DNA of 35,028 nucleotides from a virus. Taxonomy: Duplodnaviria; Caudoviricetes. The notes beneath the pieces were generated by a model. That model saw only the letters and a program-made list of their open reading frames with translations. It ran no database searches and was not told the DNA's origin. Position numbers and translations under genes: made by a program. Positions 10,106 to 17,672 of the stretch are shown piece after piece. Each line of letters begins with the position of its first letter. Position 1 is the first letter of the stretch. The DNA is taken from IMG/VR virus record IMGVR_UViG_3300035396_001120, positions 1 to 35,028 of that record, one strand, 5' to 3'.

Positions 10106-11428
10106 TTATTGCATCTTTTGCCCACTTAGCGGGTCAAACTTTACTTTTTCAGGTGATTTAAACTTGACTTCAGGAGCAGATTCCCATTCGTAAATAGTTC
10201 CCGCTTCTGCCTTCCATGAGATATGCCCATCATCAGAGACTGACTCTGCCCAAACATAATCTTCTTCGTGCATATTAGGGTATATTCGTTTGAGTTTATC
10301 CGACAAACTTTCTTCCGCCTTAGAACCCTCAGAGATAGGAGCTTGTCTCCTGCGAACAGGGGTCTCTTCTTTCGCTGGTTCATCTTGAGTAAGCGAGTGT
10401 CCTGTAGAATAAACTTTATTCTCATCTTTTTCTTCACTCTGTTTTTGTTTTTTGAATTCTTCTTTCTCAGGTTCTACAACTTCTTTTACCCATTTTTCAA
10501 AGTATTTATCTTCTCCAACTGCGTAAAAAAGTCTTTTAAGTTTTCCACCCAAATACTTGTGAATAGTTGAGTGTGGAGTAAACTGAGTAATTGGTTCAAG
10601 GTCTACAAGTTTATAGCCTCGTTCTTCCTCTGTTAGTCCACCTTCTCTCAGATAAGGTGTGTACTTTGCAATTCTTGGGTCTGCCATAGTAATTGAGTAC
10701 GGTTGTGTTTGCTGAGATCCTTTTGTTATTTGGATGTCATACCCAAAACAATCCAAAAGGTCATCCTCTTTTGCGATAGACGGGTATTTAGCAAGCATAG
10801 CCTCTACTTCACTATAAAAAGCTTTAAAAGAAACTCCGATTAGAAAACCATCTTTAGAGATAAGTTTAAACTTTTTCTCTTCTTTACAGTAGTCAAAAGA
10901 CCCTATTGGTTTTTCTCGTTTCTTATCATCTGATGCAAATTTGTTTGTAGGAAGACGATCTAAAGCATTCCAAACTAATAGTTCAGATGGGTACCACCCT
11001 TTATTCTCGATAGATTTTCCTTTGTACAAAAACGGCTCTTGATTATTGTGCTGTACCATATTGAAAAGGTCCGGTAACTTAGGTGCCCATTTAAAAGGGT
11101 ATTTTTTCTTACCATCATCTCCAACAGTTGCTTTATCCCAATCTCGCTCTCCCATGATAGTATTTGCTTTCCAAATAGGGTGATCTTTTCCTTCTTCTTT
11201 TGATGGGATAATCGGCTTTCGTCTTTTATCTTCATCATCAAAGATCTCGCACTGATAAATTCGTTTAAAAGACCCTACGAGCCTTACGATACGAAAATCA
11301 TTTGCATCTTCTAGTTTTAGGTTGATTTTTTCACCGAAGTCTTTGGGATCAAATGACCCGAAGCCGTTACTTGCGTTCTCTGCTTCACTTCTCTTTTTTT
11401 CTTCTTCCATTAGTTGTTTAATATTCAT
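10106..11428 (-). CDS. Putative single-stranded DNA-binding protein (T4 gp32-like OB fold)
   Basis: 'RIVRLVG', 'WNALDR', 'GYDIQITK...PYSI', 'DLEPI' resemble gp32-like SSBs. Charged linker. AAGGA SD. In the same operon as the DNA polymerase. Confidence 0.6.
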   Translation of the reverse strand: MNIKQLMEEEKKRSEAENASNGFGSFDPKDFGEKINLKLEDANDFRIVRLVGSFKRIYQCEIFDDEDKRRKPIIPSKEEGKDHPIWKANTIMGERDWDKATVGDDGKKKYPFKWAPKLPDLFNMVQHNNQEPFLYKGKSIENKGWYPSELLVWNALDRLPTNKFASDDKKREKPIGSFDYCKEEKKFKLISKDGFLIGVSFKAFYSEVEAMLAKYPSIAKEDDLLDCFGYDIQITKGSQQTQPYSITMADPRIAKYTPYLREGGLTEEERGYKLVDLEPITQFTPHSTIHKYLGGKLKRLFYAVGEDKYFEKWVKEVVEPEKEEFKKQKQSEEKDENKVYSTGHSLTQDEPAKEETPVRRRQAPISEGSKAEESLSDKLKRIYPNMHEEDYVWAESVSDDGHISWKAEAGTIYEWESAPEVKFKSPEKVKFDPLSGQKMQ

Positions 11429-11468
11429 ATGTGTTTCCTTTAGTGTGGTTTAGCTTTTCAAGCTTCAA

Positions 11469-11518
11469 ACATTATCAAGTAAATTTAGATAATGTCACTT
11501 ATTATCTTTGATAATGTC
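11469..11518. repeat. Cluster of alternating GATAAT/ATTATC inverted repeats upstream of the SSB gene
   Basis: ACATTATC (11469-76), GATAATGTC (11488-96), ATTATC (11501-06), GATAATGTC (11510-18). Confidence 0.7.
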
Positions 11519-11546
11519 GAAATTATTTTCTTTTTTTGAAATAATC

Positions 11547-11744
11547 CTATCCTCTTCCTAGTAAAGAGTTACCCGTCCATCCACTTCCCTTTAGTACAAA
11601 GTTAGCAGAATCAATATGCTGATATAGCTCCTTCTCTGAGCACGTAGGGCATGGTTTTTTTAGTAGTTTTTTAAGTTCCTCATAAGATAACAGTTGTAAA
11701 TCCTTATGGTCACATTTCCTACATCTAATTTTATACATTGGCAT
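11547..11744 (-). CDS. FmdB-family zinc-ribbon protein
   Basis: 'MPMY.IRCRKC...CPTC...FVLKGSGW' matches the CxxC/CxxC FmdB consensus. Confidence 0.85.
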   Translation of the reverse strand: MPMYKIRCRKCDHKDLQLLSYEELKKLLKKPCPTCSEKELYQHIDSANFVLKGSGWTGNSLLGRG

Positions 11745-11755
11745 TTTTGTTTCCT

Positions 11756-11784
11756 ATTTTACTATTCTTATTGCTATTTTGCAA
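11756..11784 (-). promoter_or_regulatory. Putative sigma70-type promoter for FmdB-SSB
   Basis: Minus strand reads TTGCAA (11784-11779), 17-nt spacer, TAAAAT (11761-11756), with an A-tract upstream resembling an UP element. Confidence 0.5.
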
Positions 11785-11800
11785 GTTTTTTTTAAAAAAA

Positions 11801-14512
11801 TTATTTATCTTTAAAACCCCATACATTGGAAACCCCAACATCTGCTTTAATTGGGATACCGTTGTACTCGGGTCTTACTATTTCCGCAATACCTTTATAT
11901 ACGTCTTTATAATGTACTTCCTCCGGGGGAGACGCTATAATAAGAGAATCATGAACAGTTCCAGCTAAATAGCTTTTAGTTTTATTTTCTTTCATAAACT
12001 TACAAATTTCATTTGCAGTTTGGAAAAGAACATGACCCTCGAATCCTTGGACAGGACTATTAACAGAAATATTAAGTAGAGCTGCCATAGCGCCAGAATC
12101 ATCATCTTGTCTTTTATCCTTACCTCTAACAGGTGTTAAATATCTGCGCATTCCTTTGTATGTTTCAACAAAGCCCTGTTCTATTGCTACTTTCTTCTGT
12201 GAGTTTATATAAGCCATAATCCCTGGGTAAGAGGTGAAAAAAGACCTTCTGAAAGCAGTCGCCATAGCAACCCTTACGTCCCACACAGTTATATCTTGTT
12301 TATGAGCAACTACTTTTTTTATATCCTCATTCATGTACGTCTTGTACTCTGACCATAACTGGTCTTTATCCATTAGAAGAAGATCCTTCATATTGAAGTT
12401 TTTTTCATCTTTTGCAAAAGATAATGCAGCTAAACCAAAAAGGTAACCAAAATTTGTAGCTTTGGCAAGCTGTCGGAAACCTTTCAATATTCCGTATTCA
12501 GGGTCATCCTCATCTTCCGATTTATAAATTGCAATGGCTTCTTCAAACTCCATGTGTCTTATAGTTCTAGATAATAAAGCAATACCTAATCCCGTCATCA
12601 TATGGGCATCATCATTGGGAGATTGAAATAATTTTGTTAAGTTTTCGTCCCCCGATAGTATTGCCATAATACGCATTTGAAAACCAGAAAAGTCTAATTC
12701 TACAAGTTTCCACCCATCAGGCACAGAAAACTGTCTTCTAATATCATAAGAGTATTTACTATGTTTTGGAATTTGCTGTAAGTTTAAATCTATGCAGGAT
12801 ATTCTACCAGATTTCACATGTGCCAAGAGGTAGCTAGAAGTTATTCTTCCATTTACTACCGATTTCCATATTCCGTTGTGGTTCTCTTCTTGCCCTATAA
12901 AAGTATTTAAGAGATTTCTAATTTCCTTATATTTTTCTATGTGCTCTGCTACTTTATATCCTTGGTTTTTCCAAAAAAGTAGTGCGTCTTCCCCAACTTT
13001 ATACTGACCCTTTTTTCCCGCACCTTCTGGGGATTCGGGAAGTCCTAGTTGTTTAAGAGCAAACCCTAATTTCTCATCGCTGTCTATATCTTTGAACTCC
13101 GGTATCTTTTCCTTGAAGTCCTCTATTAATAAAGTTTTGTATTCTTCTAAAACTGGTTGATATTTTGCATTAAGCTCTCTGTTTGCTTCTTTGTTAAAAA
13201 TAAAAGTATTTCTTTCCATCATCAAAGTAGTTTCTGTAAATGGCATAGCAATATTAAGACACAGCTCTCTCATTTTTGGGTCTCTCATTACTAGTGGGTA
13301 AATAGCATCAAAGACCCATCCTAAAACAATCACATCCATAATGGCGTACTCTGCAAGCATTTCAAAAGGTATCTGCCCATAGTCCGTACACTTGTTTTCT
13401 TTTTTCCACTCTTCTAATGAGTCCTCATATCCTCCATATGGACTGTACCTATAAGCGAGAGCTTTTAATTTCGCCGTAAGATTAGAGTCTACACAGTAGT
13501 GAAAGGCAATCATCGTATCTAGAAAACAATCTATCTCCATGCCATTTATTCTTAAAACAGCAAGATCAAACTTTGCATTATGTATTATGTTTTTCTTGGA
13601 TTTAAAAAGTCTTGTAAATAAATGATTATACTTCTTATCGTACTTGAATAAATATCCCTCTTTTTTATCCAAGGAAACTTGAATTGTTATTAGTCTTGCT
13701 AATTCCGGCGTAACAGCATGTTTTTTATCTATACCACTTGTTTCCGTATCCACCATTAAAAATTCTACAGGGTTTTCTATTAGCGAGTTTATAACAGTTT
13801 CAATCTCCTCTTCTTTTACTATGGCTTTCCTAATTCGTGTTTGCTCATAAAAAATTCCTCTCTTATTAAACAACATCCCCTTCTCTAATTGCTCTTTTAC
13901 AAATTCAGTCTCAAACTTATTGAACACTATAGTCCTGGCACTTTTCTGTTTTACAAACTCCCCAGAATCTGCGTCCCAAGAGGAATTAACTCGATGACCG
14001 ATAAAATCTATCAAAGCTGGTAGGGGAAATATGAACGTCCTTACCTTATAAGAGTAAATATAACTAAGTTTACTGTTATTATGTATTGTATTAGTGAACT
14101 CATCTAATAATTTCTCTTTAGGTGTCTTTGGAACGAATGTATCGTTTGTAAAAGCATAAAGGGATCTTCCTATTGTGAATATAATTTTAGGCTTTACTTT
14201 TTCGATATGTTTTAAAGCGTGAAGTTGAAAACAGTGATTGAAAGTCGCAACTGAATCATTTACCTCGAAACCACTTGGTCTGCAACATAGACAATTTGCA
14301 AAATAAGAGTTTTTCATTGTAAAGCCTAGGTTATTTAAAAAATCAAAAAAGACCTGTAACCTACTCTCAGACTCTGGCATTTCAAATAAAAAAAGATAGT
14401 CTGGGTTATTACTTCCAAACCCCTCTGTATCATACTTATACTTCTCATCTGCTTTCTTTAAAATAGAACAGTGACATTTTACATTGTATCCAATATCTTC
14501 TAAAAATGACAT
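11801..14512 (-). CDS. polA: Family A DNA polymerase with N-terminal uracil-DNA glycosylase (family 4)-like domain and 3'-5' exonuclease; no 5'-3' exonuclease domain
   Basis: ExoI 'VDTET', ExoII 'HNAKFD', ExoIII 'YAIMD'; 'SGRISC..LNLQQIP'; motif A 'DFSGFQMR'; motif B 'RQLAKATNFGYLFG'; motif C 'VHDS'. N-terminal 'CHC...GFG..NPDYLFLFEMP...ANCLCCRP...C...KPKIIFTIG' is UDG-like. Confidence 0.95.
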   Translation of the reverse strand: MSFLEDIGYNVKCHCSILKKADEKYKYDTEGFGSNNPDYLFLFEMPESESRLQVFFDFLNNLGFTMKNSYFANCLCCRPSGFEVNDSVATFNHCFQLHALKHIEKVKPKIIFTIGRSLYAFTNDTFVPKTPKEKLLDEFTNTIHNNSKLSYIYSYKVRTFIFPLPALIDFIGHRVNSSWDADSGEFVKQKSARTIVFNKFETEFVKEQLEKGMLFNKRGIFYEQTRIRKAIVKEEEIETVINSLIENPVEFLMVDTETSGIDKKHAVTPELARLITIQVSLDKKEGYLFKYDKKYNHLFTRLFKSKKNIIHNAKFDLAVLRINGMEIDCFLDTMIAFHYCVDSNLTAKLKALAYRYSPYGGYEDSLEEWKKENKCTDYGQIPFEMLAEYAIMDVIVLGWVFDAIYPLVMRDPKMRELCLNIAMPFTETTLMMERNTFIFNKEANRELNAKYQPVLEEYKTLLIEDFKEKIPEFKDIDSDEKLGFALKQLGLPESPEGAGKKGQYKVGEDALLFWKNQGYKVAEHIEKYKEIRNLLNTFIGQEENHNGIWKSVVNGRITSSYLLAHVKSGRISCIDLNLQQIPKHSKYSYDIRRQFSVPDGWKLVELDFSGFQMRIMAILSGDENLTKLFQSPNDDAHMMTGLGIALLSRTIRHMEFEEAIAIYKSEDEDDPEYGILKGFRQLAKATNFGYLFGLAALSFAKDEKNFNMKDLLLMDKDQLWSEYKTYMNEDIKKVVAHKQDITVWDVRVAMATAFRRSFFTSYPGIMAYINSQKKVAIEQGFVETYKGMRRYLTPVRGKDKRQDDDSGAMAALLNISVNSPVQGFEGHVLFQTANEICKFMKENKTKSYLAGTVHDSLIIASPPEEVHYKDVYKGIAEIVRPEYNGIPIKADVGVSNVWGFKDK

Positions 14513-15198
14513 TAAGCTTCCTCTCTTGTTATTCTCACTATTTTCTTAGGTCTTCCTTTTCCTGTTCTTTCCTCAGAGGTTTTCTCTTCTAATTTATAGG
14601 AAGAAGATACAGTTTTTCTAAAATTAGACAAATCAGAATCAACCTTATCAAATAGTTTACAAAATATACTATGTAAATCCTTCCAAGTGTGGTCCTCATC
14701 TCCAAGGAAAAATACCACGTTCTTATTGTTCTTTATTCTAGTATTGAAAATCGATTGATATATTTTATCATGGAAATATGCGCATTGCAAGCTTTTATCT
14801 AATAAATTCATTAAAAATTTACCTAATGTTTTATTAGTAATACCGTAGAAGATTACATTAAAGCTATTTGTGACTCTATTCCAAGAAACATCATGTAAAT
14901 CTACAAAAACGTCCTCTTTGGGTATATTAAACTCTTTTAAAATGAATCTAAAAATAGAGTCCTTCAAAGTTAAATCTACACTCGGCATAAAAGTAACTGG
15001 AATTGCGGTATAGTGATTACTAAGCTCTCCTCCTTTTATTTGGTTATAAAAGGTAAAAATACCCCTTTTTCCTATGTAAAATGGGAAAAAGTATAATTTG
15101 ATAGGTAGAGTCGTAGTTTCAGGTATAGAGCTGGATTCTACCAATACTTCTTGGGTCTTCCCCTCTAATCTATTAAAAAGTGAATTTATTGACGGCAA
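14512..15198 (-). CDS. Hypothetical protein (possible degenerate Nudix fold, C-terminal AT-hook-like motif)
   Basis: 228-aa ORF with TTG start and GGA upstream. Its stop overlaps the polA ATG (TAATG). Confidence 0.6.
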   Translation of the reverse strand: MPSINSLFNRLEGKTQEVLVESSSIPETTTLPIKLYFFPFYIGKRGIFTFYNQIKGGELSNHYTAIPVTFMPSVDLTLKDSIFRFILKEFNIPKEDVFVDLHDVSWNRVTNSFNVIFYGITNKTLGKFLMNLLDKSLQCAYFHDKIYQSIFNTRIKNNKNVVFFLGDEDHTWKDLHSIFCKLFDKVDSDLSNFRKTVSSSYKLEEKTSEERTGKGRPKKIVRITREEA

Positions 15199-15220
15199 AA
15201 TATATCCAAAAAAGTAAGGT

Positions 15221-15234
15221 TAAGTAAAGATAAT
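15221..15234 (+). promoter_or_regulatory. Candidate phage late-promoter motif TAAGTAAAGATAAT
   Basis: Identical 14-mer at 30475-30488 and 11-mer core at 19410-19420, all intergenic and upstream of structural genes. Confidence 0.55.
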
Positions 15235-15248
15235 AATAAATACGATGT

Positions 15249-15276
15249 ATTATATCATGTAAAGAGGTAATTGCAA
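15249..15276 (-). promoter_or_regulatory. Putative sigma70-type (early) promoter driving the replication operon
   Basis: Minus strand reads TTGCAA (15276-15271), 16-nt spacer, extended -10 TG-A-TATAAT (15257-15249). Confidence 0.6.
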
Positions 15277-15594
15277 ATGAATTTAGATAAATTTTATAAT
15301 GTTATGTTAGAAGAGAATAGTGTGCTATATCCCAACACTACTATTATAAAAAAAGCATATAGAGTTGGCGCTGAAAAAAAAGAAGCATTGAACAAAAAAG
15401 GAGAACCTGTCGTTAAGACAGAGGCGGACCCTATTGTTGTAATTTTTGATAGTGGAAAAAAAAGAACTTTCAAAGATATAAATGACTTTATGTTAGAAAT
15501 GAAAGAAGTTTACCATATAGAAAAAGAGAAACTCTCTTTCATATTAAAAAAATTAAAAAATGGCGCTGTCTACGAAGAAGACGCTTCGAAATAA
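15277..15594 (+). CDS. Hypothetical protein
   Basis: ORF track starts at TTG 15271. ATG 15277 is better spaced (8 nt) from the GAGGT SD at 15264-68. Confidence 0.7.
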   Translation: MNLDKFYNVMLEENSVLYPNTTIIKKAYRVGAEKKEALNKKGEPVVKTEADPIVVIFDSGKKRTFKDINDFMLEMKEVYHIEKEKLSFILKKLKNGAVYEEDASK

Positions 15595-15605
15595 AGTATT
15601 AATAA

Positions 15606-15956
15606 ATGGCACAAGGTCTGGGTACAAAAACCCAAGAGGGGTCTTTCCTAGCTTTGGTTGATGAGGACCAAGCAATTAAAGAATCAATATATAATATCCT
15701 TACGACTAGAAAAGGAGAAAGGGTTGGAAACGCTGAGTTTGGATGTGATTTAAACTCGCTTCTTTTTAACCCAAACATTGAGTACTATTGGGAAGCAATA
15801 AAGTTAGAGATTATGAGTTCTGTGGAAAGATGGGAACCGAGGGTGCAACTTCTAAACATTGAGTTTGCCCAAGTGGATAATAGCTTAACTTTATTTGTTG
15901 TATTTGTAAAATTGGAAACTGAGACAATAGATAGCTTATCTGTTGTGAACCTTTAA
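15606..15956 (+). CDS. Baseplate wedge / sheath-initiator protein (T4 gp25 / P2 gpW)
   Basis: 'IKESIYNILTTRKGERVGNAEFGCDL..LLF...VERWEPRV' is the canonical GPW/gp25 signature. Confidence 0.95.
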   Translation: MAQGLGTKTQEGSFLALVDEDQAIKESIYNILTTRKGERVGNAEFGCDLNSLLFNPNIEYYWEAIKLEIMSSVERWEPRVQLLNIEFAQVDNSLTLFVVFVKLETETIDSLSVVNL

Positions 15957-15965
15957 GGATAAGAG

Positions 15966-17672
15966 ATGGCTAACTTACAGAAAATAAAACTGGAAGAATT
16001 AAATCAAATTGATTTTACCAAAATAGAATTAGAAGACGTAAAAGAAGAGATTATAGATTATTTAATCAATCACCCAGACTATAACACAAAGTGGGATAAT
16101 TTCTATGACTCAGATACAGGGAGACTCATAGTAGATACTCTAGTATATTTAGCAAAAAAAATAATAGTAAGAACAGATTTAATCGCAAACGAAAACTTCC
16201 CCTCAACAGCACAACAAGACTCATCTAAATTAAAGATGATTGATTTATTAGGATATGAACTAAGGTCTGTAACCAATGCTACCTGCTATTTAAGAGTTAC
16301 TTATCCAGAGGGGTCACCTACTCTTCCTACTGGAGATAAAATTACCATACCTCTTGATTTTACAATCCCGGCAAAATCTACTGAGGGAAGGGCTATAAAC
16401 TTCTATATAAGAAAAGATACATTCAAAGGGTACACCGAGAGTGCAGCAATACCCGAGTCTGGTGGAAAAGCGAAACAAGGTATATTTTTAAAAGCATACT
16501 CCGGAGACTTGATAGTTGAGACGATAGATAGAAGTGATATACAAGTACAGAGGGATAATGAATCTTATATTTTAACAAGATATCCTGTCACCCAAGATAG
16601 TATAAGAGCGTTCTATCCTGGAGAAACAGAACCGATAGAAGTATATCAAACAGATTCTTTCTTCAATGTTTCTTACACAGACACGAAAATATATTTTGTA
16701 GTAAACTATGACGAGTTTAATAGAGCAACAATTACATTTGCGTCCTCTACCCTTGCTACGTTATTGCCTAACGCTGTAAACCTTGACATATATTACTGCG
16801 TAGGTGGAGGGGTAACCCATAACATATTAGAGGGCAGTATAGATTATACTACTACATTGACCACCGCCGGTGGAGAAACAGCCGTAGTAAACTTCTCTAA
16901 TGTTGGTAAGGGGTATGGTGGTAAAGATGCCGAGACTATTGAAAATGCGGCGCAAATTGCGCCTCTATCACTTAGAACAATAAATAGAGCGGTTACGGAA
17001 CAAGATTATGCTATTCTCCTTGCAAAGCAAGGTGGTGTGATGTTTTCAAAAATCCTTGCTCCTAATAATAATTCTGAATATTTTCCCGCTGGAACAGGTG
17101 CGCCTTTATTTCATGTGTGGATTCATGTAACTCCAAATAAAGTAATAAATACTATGGAAGATCTTTTACTTACTAAAGTTGTAAGTGATGATGGATACTT
17201 AATAGGTGGAGATGCCTATGATATAGTAGAATATCTATCTTCTCGAAGAATAATTGGTATTGAAAATGTACTAAAACCCTCAGAATATACTAGGCTATTT
17301 TTTCAGTTCAAAATAACCCATAATAAATTTATTAATTATGCAGAAATTGAGTCACAAATAAGAACTACTCTTCAAAATATGCTATACATTACTGCATCTG
17401 GGTATGAAAAAACAATAAGAACACTTGCCATCACTACTGAGATTAAAAAGATCAAAGGTGTGCTGGACGTAGAAATATTAGAAATGAGAAAGCAAACATT
17501 TATACAAGTATTGGATGCTGTTTCCTCGAACTTCTATTTTAGATATTCAAATGATGACCCCGCTGAGGTAGTAATAACAGATACAGTTTATAACGCAGAG
17601 TATGATGAAGTTGTATTTTTACTAAACTCAACAACAGATGTCGAACTTATTTTTGAGAGCGCTGTTCAGTGA
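15966..17672 (+). CDS. Baseplate wedge protein (T4 gp6 / baseplate J-like)
   Basis: 'NENFPSTAQ', 'LLGY', 'GGGVTHNI', 'GGKDAETIE..AQIAPLSLRTINRAVTEQDY' match gp6/J motifs. Confidence 0.9.
   Translation: MANLQKIKLEELNQIDFTKIELEDVKEEIIDYLINHPDYNTKWDNFYDSDTGRLIVDTLVYLAKKIIVRTDLIANENFPSTAQQDSSKLKMIDLLGYELRSVTNATCYLRVTYPEGSPTLPTGDKITIPLDFTIPAKSTEGRAINFYIRKDTFKGYTESAAIPESGGKAKQGIFLKAYSGDLIVETIDRSDIQVQRDNESYILTRYPVTQDSIRAFYPGETEPIEVYQTDSFFNVSYTDTKIYFVVNYDEFNRATITFASSTLATLLPNAVNLDIYYCVGGGVTHNILEGSIDYTTTLTTAGGETAVVNFSNVGKGYGGKDAETIENAAQIAPLSLRTINRAVTEQDYAILLAKQGGVMFSKILAPNNNSEYFPAGTGAPLFHVWIHVTPNKVINTMEDLLLTKVVSDDGYLIGGDAYDIVEYLSSRRIIGIENVLKPSEYTRLFFQFKITHNKFINYAEIESQIRTTLQNMLYITASGYEKTIRTLAITTEIKKIKGVLDVEILEMRKQTFIQVLDAVSSNFYFRYSNDDPAEVVITDTVYNAEYDEVVFLLNSTTDVELIFESAVQ

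Noticed and set aside
10095-10140. Intrinsic terminator between the convergent genes
   Set aside because: Only a weak 4-bp GC stem inside the SSB coding end and no convincing hairpin plus U-tract.
11801-14512. Intein or intron in the polymerase; firm assignment as DpoZ
   Set aside because: The insertions are short with no C...HN splice motifs or homing-endonuclease signature. No purZ/datZ/mazZ genes are visible in the window, so Z-DNA specificity is not supported.
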